From positions 12,464 through 76,463 of the forward strand of contig UQHF01000001.1 in the NCBI GenBank assembly GCA_900540785.1: a DNA stretch of 64,000 nucleotides, given 5' to 3'. Shown piece by piece: positions 46,879 to 56,821 of this stretch. The notes beneath the pieces are model-generated. The model did no database searches. It worked only from the letters and a program-made list of their open reading frames with translations, and was not told the origin of the DNA. Source of the stretch: an uncultured Blautia sp. (lineage in GTDB: Bacteria > Bacillota > Clostridia > Lachnospirales > Lachnospiraceae). Position 1 is the stretch's first letter, and the number at the start of each line of letters is the position of its first letter. The position numbers were made by a program, and so were the translations under genes.

Positions 46879-47919
46879 TCACTTCTCGCTTTCTGTTTTT
46901 TCCATATAGCTTTTTCTCAGTTGCCCACAGGCACCGTCAATATCGCTGCCCATTTCCCTTCTAATAGTAACATTTATTCCGCATTTTTCAAGTTTTATTT
47001 TGAAATTCTCCGCTGCCTCCCTTGTAGGGCGCTGAAAAGAGCGCTCTTGTACAGGGTTTACAGGAATCAGATTTACGTGGCAGTTTATGTCCTTAATCCT
47101 TCCCGAAAGCTCTCTTGCATTTTCTTCGCTGTCGTTTACCCCTGCCACAAGACTGTATTCAAACGTGATTCTTCTGCCTGTTTTTTCAAAATATACCCTG
47201 CAGGCATTTAACACTTCTTCCATTGTGTACTTTCTTGCAATGGGCATCAGTTCCTGCCTCTTCTCATCGTTTGGCGCGTGAAGGGAAAGAGCCAGCGTGA
47301 TCTGAAGCTTTTCTTCTGCCAGCCGAAGCATTTCCGGAACAAGTCCGCAGGTAGAAACCGTAAGGTTTCTCTGGCTGATATGAAGCCCGCCCTCCTCTGT
47401 CAGAATGTGAATAAACCGAAGAAGATTCTCATAATTATCAAGGGGTTCTCCAGTTCCCATCACTACCACATTGGAAACTCGCTCCCCTGTATCCTTCTGT
47501 ATGCTGTAAATCTGATCCAGCATCTCTGACGGTGTGAGGCATCTTGTAAGACCTCCGATCGTAGATGCACAGAACCGGCAGCCCATACGGCAGCCTACCT
47601 GCGAAGAAATACATACGGAATTTCCATGCTTATAACGCATCAGCACACTTTCTATTACATTTCCGTCTGCAAGCTGAAACAGATACTTTCTTGTTCCGTC
47701 CAGCCTGGAAATCTGCACGTCTACAATACGAAGTGCTGTGATCGGATACGCCGACAGCTTCTTTCTAAGACCCGCAGAAAGATTTGTCATCTCTTCATAA
47801 GATACGGCAAGATGCTCATGAAGCCAGCTGTAAATCTGCTTTGCCCGAAACGGCTTTTCTCCCAGGCTTTCCATAAGCTCTGCCAGTTCCTTTTTGTTCA
47901 TGGACTTTATGTCTGTCAT
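46879..47919 (-). CDS. rlmN: 23S rRNA/tRNA (adenine-C2) methyltransferase, radical SAM
   Basis: It has FRAKQIYSWLHE and the cysteine motif CQVGCRMGCRFCAST. The start is set at MTDIKSM, which has a GAAGGAAA ribosome-binding site and lies 4 nt past the rsmB stop. Confidence 0.9.
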   Translation of the reverse strand: MTDIKSMNKKELAELMESLGEKPFRAKQIYSWLHEHLAVSYEEMTNLSAGLRKKLSAYPITALRIVDVQISRLDGTRKYLFQLADGNVIESVLMRYKHGNSVCISSQVGCRMGCRFCASTIGGLTRCLTPSEMLDQIYSIQKDTGERVSNVVVMGTGEPLDNYENLLRFIHILTEEGGLHISQRNLTVSTCGLVPEMLRLAEEKLQITLALSLHAPNDEKRQELMPIARKYTMEEVLNACRVYFEKTGRRITFEYSLVAGVNDSEENARELSGRIKDINCHVNLIPVNPVQERSFQRPTREAAENFKIKLEKCGINVTIRREMGSDIDGACGQLRKSYMEKTESEK

Positions 47920-47923
47920 ATAT

Positions 47924-49297
47924 TTATTTCCTTCTGAATTTTGCAATGAAGAACCCATCTGTCTTATGTACTCCCGGAAGAAGCTGAAGGTATCCGAGAG
48001 CCGTTGTTTCTGAATGCAGTTCTTCCGGAAGATACGGATCCAGACTTTCCAGCTTAAACGGATAATTCTTCAAAAACCACATCATGTTTTCTTCATTTTC
48101 CTCTTTTGCTATGGTACAGGTACTGAAAATCAGCGTTCCTCTTGATTTTACATATTCAGCTGCGCGGCTTAATATGGTTCTCTGAAGAATTACAATTTCC
48201 TCCTGCTTCTGCGCAGTGACACGATACTTGATTTCCGGCTTCTTTCCAATGACTCCGTAACCGGAGCAGGGAACATCTGCCAGAACAATATCTGCCTTAC
48301 ACTCAGATTCCACATCAAAAACTGTAGCATCCTGAACCTTTGCCTGCACATTGATGGTCTCTGTTCTCTGAATATTCTCCTCAATAAGACCCACCTTATA
48401 ATCGCTTACATCTCTGGCATCTACCACGCCGTAACCTTCCATTTTATCACCCATATGGAGGCTTTTTCCTCCCGGCGCCGCACAGAGGTCAATGACATAA
48501 TCTCCCTTTTGCGGAGCTGCGATCTCCGCCACAAGCATGGAGCTTACATCCTGCACCTGAATCTGCCCTTTTATAAAAGCATCCAATGTGAGAATATGGT
48601 TAAAATTGCTTATCTGAAACGCATAGGGAAGATAAGGCGCCGGCTCTACTGTCACTCCCTGATTTTCCAGGCTTTTTTTCACTTCTTCCGAAGCATATTT
48701 ATATGTGCGGCACCTCACAGTCATCGGTTTTTCTGTGAGGAAATCAGCCAGCATTTTTTCTGTCGTCTCCTCACCGTAATCATTGAGCCACCGGATCACA
48801 AGTGGTTTTGGCATGGAGTATTTCACAGAAAGATACGAAACTATATCTTCCTCTTTTTCCGGATATTTCAAATTCCCTATCTCTCTTATCACGGTACGGA
48901 GCACACCGTTTACAAAAGGTTTTAAATTATAAAATCCTTTTCTCTGTGCAAGCTTTACCGCCTCGTTGCACACAGCACTGTCCGGAACGCTGTCCATAAA
49001 TTTCAGCTGATACACAGCGCTTCTCAAAATTTCCCGGATTGCCGGTTTCATTTTATCTACGGTTACCTTGGAAAAAGAATCCAGAATGTAGTCGATCTGA
49101 ATCCTGTATTCCAGAGTACCCTCACAAACTCTTGTGATAAACGCCCGCTCCTTCTTGGGAAGGAACTGGTATTTGGAAAGGGCATTGCGTATGGCAATGT
49201 GGCTGTGCTCCCCTTCCTCTTCAATCTGCAATAAAATTTCCAGGATCAATTCCCTGGCATTGACTCCACTAATCGTCACTTCTTCTTCCTCCGGCAA
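47924..49297 (-). CDS. rsmB: 16S rRNA (cytosine967-C5)-methyltransferase (NusB-like N-terminus plus Sun/Fmu methyltransferase)
   Basis: 457 aa with DLCAAPGGKS, DVPCSG and TCT. Confidence 0.9.
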   Translation of the reverse strand: MPEEEEVTISGVNARELILEILLQIEEEGEHSHIAIRNALSKYQFLPKKERAFITRVCEGTLEYRIQIDYILDSFSKVTVDKMKPAIREILRSAVYQLKFMDSVPDSAVCNEAVKLAQRKGFYNLKPFVNGVLRTVIREIGNLKYPEKEEDIVSYLSVKYSMPKPLVIRWLNDYGEETTEKMLADFLTEKPMTVRCRTYKYASEEVKKSLENQGVTVEPAPYLPYAFQISNFNHILTLDAFIKGQIQVQDVSSMLVAEIAAPQKGDYVIDLCAAPGGKSLHMGDKMEGYGVVDARDVSDYKVGLIEENIQRTETINVQAKVQDATVFDVESECKADIVLADVPCSGYGVIGKKPEIKYRVTAQKQEEIVILQRTILSRAAEYVKSRGTLIFSTCTIAKEENEENMMWFLKNYPFKLESLDPYLPEELHSETTALGYLQLLPGVHKTDGFFIAKFRRK

Positions 49298-49970
49298 GAA
49301 TAATCAATCTTAAAAGCTGCAATATAGATGATGCAAGAGCAGCCACATACGTAAGAGCAGCCGCGCGAAGCACCTTTCGGGCACCGCTGTTTTCATCTCT
49401 GCTTAAAATCCCCGTACTCTCCAGCATATGAAGGGCTCTTGAGGAAGCATTAAACTCCACCGGCAGAGTCACAAGCTGAAAGAGAACAGCAAAAGAAAAC
49501 AGTACGATTCCCAGGGTAAGCAAAGGCTGGATTGAAAAAATCAGTCCTGCAAAAAATAACGGCCAGGAAAGCGTAGAGCCAAAGTTTGCCACCGGCACAA
49601 GCGCGGAGCGAATACTGAGCGGCGCATAATTGATATGATGCTGAATGGCATGGCCACACTCGTGAGCTGCCACTCCCACCGCTGCCAGAGAAGTCTGTCC
49701 GTATATATCTTCGGAAAGCCGGACAGTTTTGCTTCTCGGATCATAGTGATCCGTAAGGCTTCCACTGACCGGAACAATCTGTACATCTGTGATCCCTGCC
49801 GCATTTAAAATCCTTCTTGCCGCCTCCGCACCGGTAAGCCCGGAAGCACTTCTTCTTCCTCTGTAAACCGCAAAGGTGCTTTTCAGCTTTGCAGAAGCTG
49901 CCAGAGACAAAAGCATTCCTATAATGATCAGCAAATACGTAGGGTCAAATCTCCAATAATATCCGTACAT
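49269..49970 (-). CDS. Zinc metallopeptidase, YugP-like membrane protein (HEXXH)
   Basis: 233 aa with HECGHAIQH and transmembrane segments. It is the conserved neighbour between fmt and rsmB. Confidence 0.7.
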   Translation of the reverse strand: MYGYYWRFDPTYLLIIIGMLLSLAASAKLKSTFAVYRGRRSASGLTGAEAARRILNAAGITDVQIVPVSGSLTDHYDPRSKTVRLSEDIYGQTSLAAVGVAAHECGHAIQHHINYAPLSIRSALVPVANFGSTLSWPLFFAGLIFSIQPLLTLGIVLFSFAVLFQLVTLPVEFNASSRALHMLESTGILSRDENSGARKVLRAAALTYVAALASSILQLLRLIILAGGRRSDD

Positions 49971-49976
49971 TTACAG

Positions 49977-50921
49977 TCACTCCTTTTTATCTGAGAATTT
50001 TGTTCCCGTTTCCACAGGATACCCCCTCAAAAAAGCATCTGCGTCCATTCTTTTTTTACCCTCAAGCTGAATTTCCTCAAGAATCAGCGTCTTATCGCAG
50101 CAGGCAACATGGATTCCGTGTCTGTCTGTTTTTACTACAGTGCCCGGAAGCGCAGCGCCCTTTTCCTCACCCACACTGCTTTTCCACACTTTTAACGTTT
50201 TTCCGTTTAAAAATGTATAGGCGCTCGGCCAGGGATTCAAGCCCCTTACAAGGCGTTCCAGCACTTCTGCACTTTTTGTGAAATCAAGAAGCCCCATCTG
50301 CTTTGTGATCATGGCTGCATATGGTGTGGGGCTTTCTTCCGGCTGCTTTTCGTATACGGCAGTTCCGTCGAAAATGGAAGGCAGAGTTTTTACTAATAAG
50401 TCTGCCCCTGCTTTTGATAATTTATCAAAAAGACTTCCTCCTGTTTCCTCTGGTGAAAGAACGACCACCTCTTTTGAAATCATATCGCCTGTATCAAGAC
50501 CCTCTCCCATCTTCTGGATCGTAACACCGGATTCTTTTTCTCCGTCGATCACTGCCTGCTGAATAGGCGCTGCGCCTCTGTACTTCGGAAGAAGGGAAGC
50601 ATGAATGTTAATACATCCAAAACGCGGCAGCGTCAGGATTGTTTTTGGAATAATCTGTCCGAAAGCTGCCACTACAATAAGATCCGGAGCGATTTCTTTC
50701 AACGTTTCCAGAAATTCCGGTTCTCTTACCTTTGCCGGCTGGTACACAGGAATCCCAAGTGAGACTGCCTCCTCCTTTACCGGCGTCGGCATCATGGTTT
50801 TTCCTCTGCCTTTCGGTTTATCCGGCTGTGTCACAACTGCTGCAACCTCATATCCTGCTTCCTTCATGGAACGAAGAGGCAGAACTGCAAAATCCGGTGT
50901 TCCCATATAAACAATTTTCAT
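49977..50921 (-). CDS. fmt: Methionyl-tRNA formyltransferase
   Basis: 314 aa with MGTPDFAV and HASLLPKYRG. Confidence 0.95.
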   Translation of the reverse strand: MKIVYMGTPDFAVLPLRSMKEAGYEVAAVVTQPDKPKGRGKTMMPTPVKEEAVSLGIPVYQPAKVREPEFLETLKEIAPDLIVVAAFGQIIPKTILTLPRFGCINIHASLLPKYRGAAPIQQAVIDGEKESGVTIQKMGEGLDTGDMISKEVVVLSPEETGGSLFDKLSKAGADLLVKTLPSIFDGTAVYEKQPEESPTPYAAMITKQMGLLDFTKSAEVLERLVRGLNPWPSAYTFLNGKTLKVWKSSVGEEKGAALPGTVVKTDRHGIHVACCDKTLILEEIQLEGKKRMDADAFLRGYPVETGTKFSDKKE

Positions 50922-50943
50922 AATCTGTCACCTCCCGGAGCCT

Positions 50944-51438
50944 TTATTCTCCGTCATAATATTCGTAATCGTCCTCGTCATAAGTAGTTCTGTGAAGTTC
51001 TCCCTCCACAAGCTCTGTATAAAGCTTTCCGTCCAGATGGTCGATCTCGTGGCAGAATGCACGGGCGAGAAGCTCCTCTCCTTCATACTCCACTTCTTCC
51101 ATATCTTCTGTGAGCGCTTTTACCTTTACATAATTTGGACGTGTTACCTGTCCTGACATACCCGGAACGCTTAAACAGCCTTCGTCTCCAGTCTGCTCTC
51201 CGGAAGTCTCCACAATCTCCGGATTGATAAGAACAAGCGGACCGTCTCCCACATCGATAACCACGATTCTTTTTAAAACTCCAACCTGAGGAGCAGCAAG
51301 ACCTACGCCGTTGTTTTCATACATGGTATCCAGCATATCCTCCACAAGCTCTTTCAGACGTGGCGTCATATCCTCCACCGGTCTGCATTTTTTTGTAAGT
51401 ACAGAATCTCCCTCTGTTCTGATTGTTCTAAGTGCCAT
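50944..51438 (-). CDS. def: Peptide deformylase
   Basis: 164 aa with [15 protein letters not shown] and HEIDHL. Confidence 0.95.
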   Translation of the reverse strand: MALRTIRTEGDSVLTKKCRPVEDMTPRLKELVEDMLDTMYENNGVGLAAPQVGVLKRIVVIDVGDGPLVLINPEIVETSGEQTGDEGCLSVPGMSGQVTRPNYVKVKALTEDMEEVEYEGEELLARAFCHEIDHLDGKLYTELVEGELHRTTYDEDDYEYYDGE

Positions 51439-51474
51439 TTTCTTACTTCCTTTCTTCTCTTTTTTGTTCTGCCT

Positions 51475-53700
51475 TTATGCAAAATCAAACTGTATGTATA
51501 TTTTCCGGAATCCGGAATTAATTTCCATGTACTTTTCTATTTTATCTTTTATCTTTACAAGTGTATGATAATCCTCATGCTTTAAATAAAGCACCTGCTT
51601 ATACACATCTTTTACTTTTCCGACAGGAGCCGCAGCCGGTCCGATCATATGAAGGTCTTCTCCAGGATACGCTTTTTTTACAAACTGCCCAATATAATAC
51701 ATTCCCTTTAAAAGACGCTCTTCCTCCTCACATGCCCCCAGAACGGCGAGCATATGGGAAGCCGGAGGATAGTCAAGAAGAATCCGGTAACTCATCTCCT
51801 CCTGATAAAAGGCTTCGTAATCCTGACAGGACGCCGCCTGAATGCTGTAATGCTCCGGGTGATACGTCTGAATAATGGCTTTTCCCCGCCGCACTCCTCT
51901 TCCGGAACGCCCCACTGCCTGGGTAAGAAGCTGAAAGGTCCTCTCCGCGCACCGATAGTCCGAAGCGTTTAACGACATATCCGCCGCGATCACTCCCACA
52001 AGAGTCACGCAGGGAAAATCGTGCCCTTTTACAATCATCTGTGTTCCAATTAAAATATCTGCCTCATGTTCTGAAAATGCCTTTAAAATCTGTTCGTAGC
52101 TTCCTTTACTTCTTGTTGTATCGTAATCCATGCGCAAAACCCGGGCATTGGGAAAGTTTTTATGGATGATCTGCTCAATCTGCTGTGTTCCGGCTTTAAA
52201 TCCTCCGATATAAGGAGAACTGCACACAGGGCAGATTTCCGGCTTCGGTGTTTCATATCCGCAGTAATGGCAGATCAGCCTTCCGTTATTGTGTTCAGAA
52301 AGAGATACGTCACAGTGCGGACATTTCATAACGTGTCCGCAGGAACGGCACGATACAAATCCCGCATAGCCTCTCCTGTTTAAAAAAAGCATTGCCTGTT
52401 CTCCCTTTTCAAGACAGGCGCTGATCTCCTCTGAAAGACTTCTGCTTAATATGGAACGGTTTCCTGCCTTTAATTCTTCCCGCAAATCAACGACTGATAC
52501 CTCAGGAAGCGGACGCGCTTCATATCTGGAATTGAGATTTACAAGAAGATACTCTCCCTTTTCCGCCCGGCTGTATGCTTCCAGGGACGGGGTTGCAGAA
52601 CCCATTACCACGTAAGCACCCTCTGTCTCTGCCCTGTACACCGCTGTCTCCCGCGCGTGATACCTTGGTGTATTTTCACTTTTATAAGTCGGCTCATGCT
52701 CCTCATCTATAATGATCAGTCCCAGATTGGGAAACGGAGTAAAAAGAGCAGAACGGGGACCTACCATGATCTTGCATTCCCCTCTTTTTGCCCGCTTGAA
52801 CTGATCGTAGCGCTCTCCCTGAGAAAGTCTGGAATTTAATACAGATACCTGATCTCCAAATCGCCCGTAAAACCGACGGACCGTCTGATACGTAAGCGCG
52901 ATTTCTGGGATCAGGACGATTGCCTGCTTTCCTTTGCTTACCACTTCTTCGATTAATTCCATGTACACCTGGGTTTTTCCGCTTCCTGTCACGCCTCGTA
53001 TCAGAACAGGACGTGGTTTCTCCCGTCTCCATTCTTCTCTTATCTCCTCTACCGCATTTTCTTGCAAAGGTGTAAGCGAAAAATGTTCCTTCCCAGCTTC
53101 CATTTCCGGAGAAACTGTGTTTCTGTAAATCTCACTGCTTTTTATGGAAAGAATCCCCTGTTCCGTAAAATACTTCAAAACAGAAGGCGATGCCCCCATA
53201 TTTTTTACAGCGTCTGTATAGTCCACACTTTTATCCGGGCTTTCCAGAACAGAACGCAGAAGCCTTGCTCTCGCCTTATATCTTGTATTTTCAAGCTCCT
53301 CTAAAGCCCTCTGTCCTTCCGTTTCTTCTATATTAAGACAGATTCTTCTCTTCTCTTTTGCCCTGACTGTCTCCTGAATGGGAAGAACCGTCTTCAGAGC
53401 CTGGATCATAGTAGAACCATACTGCTCCTTTAACCAGGCGGCAAGAGCAATCAGTCTTGCTTCTGTAGTATCCTCGCTGCTTTTAAGCTCCTCGATCTCC
53501 TTGATCCTCTCCGGTGGAAAAGACGATGTGGCAGAAAGTCCTACCACATATCCCTTTCTCATGGAATTTCTGTTTCCAAAGGGAACGGTAACTACCATTC
53601 CCACGCGGATTTCTCCCAGAAGTCTCTCCGGCACTTTATACTGAAAGCTCCGGTCAAGCTTATCATGAGAAATATCAATAATCACATCTGCATAAATCAT
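51475..53700 (-). CDS. priA: Primosomal protein N-prime (replication restart helicase PriA)
   Basis: 741 aa with GVTGSGKT, DEEH and the cysteine-rich zinc-binding insertion (CRSCGHVMKCPHCD...CHYCG...CPVC). Confidence 0.95.
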   Translation of the reverse strand: MIYADVIIDISHDKLDRSFQYKVPERLLGEIRVGMVVTVPFGNRNSMRKGYVVGLSATSSFPPERIKEIEELKSSEDTTEARLIALAAWLKEQYGSTMIQALKTVLPIQETVRAKEKRRICLNIEETEGQRALEELENTRYKARARLLRSVLESPDKSVDYTDAVKNMGASPSVLKYFTEQGILSIKSSEIYRNTVSPEMEAGKEHFSLTPLQENAVEEIREEWRREKPRPVLIRGVTGSGKTQVYMELIEEVVSKGKQAIVLIPEIALTYQTVRRFYGRFGDQVSVLNSRLSQGERYDQFKRAKRGECKIMVGPRSALFTPFPNLGLIIIDEEHEPTYKSENTPRYHARETAVYRAETEGAYVVMGSATPSLEAYSRAEKGEYLLVNLNSRYEARPLPEVSVVDLREELKAGNRSILSRSLSEEISACLEKGEQAMLFLNRRGYAGFVSCRSCGHVMKCPHCDVSLSEHNNGRLICHYCGYETPKPEICPVCSSPYIGGFKAGTQQIEQIIHKNFPNARVLRMDYDTTRSKGSYEQILKAFSEHEADILIGTQMIVKGHDFPCVTLVGVIAADMSLNASDYRCAERTFQLLTQAVGRSGRGVRRGKAIIQTYHPEHYSIQAASCQDYEAFYQEEMSYRILLDYPPASHMLAVLGACEEEERLLKGMYYIGQFVKKAYPGEDLHMIGPAAAPVGKVKDVYKQVLYLKHEDYHTLVKIKDKIEKYMEINSGFRKIYIQFDFA

Positions 53701-53713
53701 GTATCTGCACTTT

Positions 53714-55171
53714 CTATTTTCCTGCCAGAATATCTGCGATCAGAACTCTCTCATCCATCGGATATTTCTTGCCCCGGATTTCCTGATAATCTTCGTGTCC
53801 TTTACCTGCCAGGATAATAATATCTCCCGGTTCTCCGTGAGAAATCGCGTAGGCAATGGCTTCCTTCCGGTCGATGATCTCCACATATTTTCCGTCTGTT
53901 TTTTCAATTCCTGTTTTGATGTCGTCTATGATTGCCTGGGGATCTTCATTTCTCGGATTATCTGACGTGATGATCGTAAGGTCTGAAAGACGTCCGGAAA
54001 CTTCTCCCATCTCAAAACGACGAAGTCTGGAACGGTTTCCGCCACAGCCGAAAAGGCACACCAGCCTGTGCGGATGATACTCCCGAAGGGTACTTAAAAG
54101 ACTTTCCAGAGCCATTGCATTGTGGGCATAGTCAATCATCAGGGTAAATTCATCTGAGACTTTTACCATCTCAATTCTGCCCTTTACCTTAGCCACCTTC
54201 AACGCCTTTATAATGTTCTCTTCTGAAACTTTGAAATGACGGCAGATGGCAATGGCAGTAAGGGAATTATAAATGCTGAATTTTCCCGGAATGTCAATTT
54301 CCACAGGAAAATCCATCAGCCCTTTCAGGTGATAGGAAATTCCAAGACTTCCCTTTCCGCTTATGAGTTTCGCATCCTCTGCGCGCAGATCTGCTTTCTC
54401 AGAAAATCCGTATGTCTCAAGAGCACACGTATGTCCCTCCACGATTTTCTCAAAATGCTCGTCGTCCCGATTTACAATTCCCACGCGGCACTGCTTTAAG
54501 AGCATTGCCTTACAGGAAAGATAATGTTCAAAATCTCTGTGTTCATTTGGTCCTATATGATCCGGTTCAATATTTGTAAAAATCCCGAAATCAAATACAA
54601 AACCCTGTGTTCTGTGAAGCATCAGCCCCTGAGAGGATACCTCCATTACCACACAGTCACAGCCAGCTTCCACCATCTCATGAAAATACTGCTGTACAAC
54701 ATAAGACTCGGGAGTCGTGTTGGCTGCCGGAATTACCCGGTCTCCGATGATCGCCTCTATCGTACCGATCAGACCAACCTTATATCCTGCGTTTTCCAGA
54801 ATGGACTTTACCATGTATGTGGTTGTCGTTTTTCCTTTTGTTCCTGTAATTCCGATTGTTTTCAGCTTTTCTGCAGGATGCCCGAAATAGGCGGCAGAAA
54901 TAAACGCCATCGCATAGCGGGTATCTTTTACAAGAATTACCGTAACATCTTCAGGCGCTTCTGTCTCTTCCTCCACAATGAGAGTTTTGGCTCCTTTTTC
55001 CACCACATCGGGGATAAACTTATGTCCGTCCACAACAGCGCCCCGGATACAGATAAACATGGAGCCTTCTTCTACCTTTCTGGAATCATAGACAACGGAA
55101 GTTACCTCCCTCTCCACATCTCCCTGCAGGCATGTATATTCTAAATGTTCCAATAAGGCTGATACCTTCAT
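53714..55171 (-). CDS. murE: UDP-N-acetylmuramoyl-L-alanyl-D-glutamate--2,6-diaminopimelate (or lysine) ligase
   Basis: Mur ligase motifs (GITGTKGKTTT, DNPR). The start is set at MKVSALLEHL, which has an AGGAGG ribosome-binding site, rather than 23 codons further upstream. Confidence 0.9.
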   Translation of the reverse strand: MKVSALLEHLEYTCLQGDVEREVTSVVYDSRKVEEGSMFICIRGAVVDGHKFIPDVVEKGAKTLIVEEETEAPEDVTVILVKDTRYAMAFISAAYFGHPAEKLKTIGITGTKGKTTTTYMVKSILENAGYKVGLIGTIEAIIGDRVIPAANTTPESYVVQQYFHEMVEAGCDCVVMEVSSQGLMLHRTQGFVFDFGIFTNIEPDHIGPNEHRDFEHYLSCKAMLLKQCRVGIVNRDDEHFEKIVEGHTCALETYGFSEKADLRAEDAKLISGKGSLGISYHLKGLMDFPVEIDIPGKFSIYNSLTAIAICRHFKVSEENIIKALKVAKVKGRIEMVKVSDEFTLMIDYAHNAMALESLLSTLREYHPHRLVCLFGCGGNRSRLRRFEMGEVSGRLSDLTIITSDNPRNEDPQAIIDDIKTGIEKTDGKYVEIIDRKEAIAYAISHGEPGDIIILAGKGHEDYQEIRGKKYPMDERVLIADILAGK

Positions 55172-55255
55172 ATTCCATTCCTCCTGCTCCTCCTTTTGCC
55201 AAAGCAGACCGGAGGTATTTATTCTTTTATAGAATATCACACCTCCCCCCGGTTT

Positions 55256-56449
55256 TCAATGTTTCCTTTTCCCTTTCAGCGCCAGTACAAGAAGAATACA
55301 CAGAATCCCGGAAGCAGTAAGAAGAGCCGCCATTTTTCCCATGTTTGTCCCGTCCCCTGTTTTTGGAATTTCCTTGCCTTCCGATTGTACTTTCGGCGCA
55401 CGGCTCTGTATCTGAACAGGAACCATTGTGGGAGTCTCCGGAAGTTTTAATGCCTGTACAGACGCCTGGGCAGTCACCTCGCGCTCCCCGGTTTCTTTTG
55501 AAAGAACAATCACCTCATTTAAAAGCTCTCCTTCCACATCTTTCTCCGGCAATTTTACCAGAGCTTTTAATACAATACATTCTCCCGGTTTCAGAACAGG
55601 GATAAATGCTTTATCTTTTGATTTATTTAATTCCACGCCTTCTTTTTCCACAAACTCCGCACGGATTCCCTCTTTTAAAAACCGTTCTGTTGTAATAATG
55701 GAATGGAGAGTAAGTTCCCCTGTATTCTGAATCCGTATTTCATAAGAAATTTCTTCCCCCGCTACAGCAGTCGAACGATCTGCAATCTTCTCTACTGAAA
55801 AATCGGATTTCAGAGGTTCCATCTCTGAGGTACAGACAGCTTTCAGAGAAACTCCTTCTTCCAGCGAAGCAGTCACTGTACATGTAAGAGGCTCTTTCTG
55901 TTCCGGCAGAAGCTGCGCGGTAAGAAAAAGAAGAACTTCCTGACCGGGTTCCAGAACAGACAACACACTTCTGTCTTCCTGAAAATCAAGCCCCGGAGCT
56001 TCCTGCCACTGCCACGTAACCTTCGGACAGGAAAAAGCTGCATCCAAAATAATATCCGAAATTTTCTCTTCTCCTGTGTTTTTCAGAGCAACTTCATACA
56101 CAGCCACTTCTCCTGCTTTTAAAACAGGCTCTCCGCTCAGCAAAAGCGTGAGGGGATTTTCGTTTTCTTCCTCTTCTGTACTCTCCTCTCTGTTTTCTTC
56201 TGGTACTTCTTCCGGCGTCTCTTCTGTATCTTCCTCACCTTTTTCTTCCTGTTTTTCTTCATTCCATTCTTCCTGAGAGTATTTTTCTCCATCCCACAGT
56301 TCTTCGCTCGCTGTTCCGTCACTAAGTTCCATTTTTTCCACATCTGCACCAAAAACTTTTTCGCAGTTTCCCCAGTTTCCACATAAAAACAGCAATGTGA
56401 AAATCACAGCGGCAAATCCCCCTGCGTGTTTCCTGATTCTTTTTTTCAT
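55256..56449 (-). CDS. Sortase-anchored surface protein: signal peptide, acidic Glu-rich region, DUF11-like repeats, C-terminal IPKTG sorting signal
   Basis: The N-terminus is MKKRIRK plus a hydrophobic signal. The C-terminus is IPKTGDG, a hydrophobic stretch and a KGKRKH tail, which is an LPXTG-type anchor. Two repeats have the form AGE.. Y. ..NTGE. Confidence 0.75.
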   Translation of the reverse strand: MKKRIRKHAGGFAAVIFTLLFLCGNWGNCEKVFGADVEKMELSDGTASEELWDGEKYSQEEWNEEKQEEKGEEDTEETPEEVPEENREESTEEEENENPLTLLLSGEPVLKAGEVAVYEVALKNTGEEKISDIILDAAFSCPKVTWQWQEAPGLDFQEDRSVLSVLEPGQEVLLFLTAQLLPEQKEPLTCTVTASLEEGVSLKAVCTSEMEPLKSDFSVEKIADRSTAVAGEEISYEIRIQNTGELTLHSIITTERFLKEGIRAEFVEKEGVELNKSKDKAFIPVLKPGECIVLKALVKLPEKDVEGELLNEVIVLSKETGEREVTAQASVQALKLPETPTMVPVQIQSRAPKVQSEGKEIPKTGDGTNMGKMAALLTASGILCILLVLALKGKRKH

Positions 56450-56713
56450 AAATACCTCCTTATTTTTTTGTTTTTCAAATGGATTTTTTGCCGAACGGCA
56501 TGAAATAAAATAGAATTTTCAGATATGTACATATTATCATTTTCCAGTAAAAAGTACAAGGTTTTTTCAGAAAATCAAATTATTTTAAGATTTATTTATA
56601 AATTTTCGATATATTTTATACTTACGTCATACTTTGCACACAGTTAGCCGATATAATATGTTTTGGATAGATGAAAACCACTCTCTATCTCCCCCCTCAA
56701 AAAGGTAAAGAAA

Positions 56714-56750
56714 AAGCTGCCGTATGAAAATACAGGCGGCTTTTTCTTTT
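56714..56750 (+). terminator. Hairpin AAGCTGCC-N13-GGCGGCTT followed by TTTCTTTT about 70 nt upstream of arcC; a possible attenuator or the 3-prime end of a small transcript
   Basis: Read directly from the sequence. 8 bp stem with one G-U pair, followed by a T-run. Confidence 0.3.
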
Positions 56751-56821
56751 GTTCTTGCAATTCACATAATGCTCTTTTATAATTATCTTTATAACAGCAA
56801 AAAAGAAAAGAGGTATCTCCT

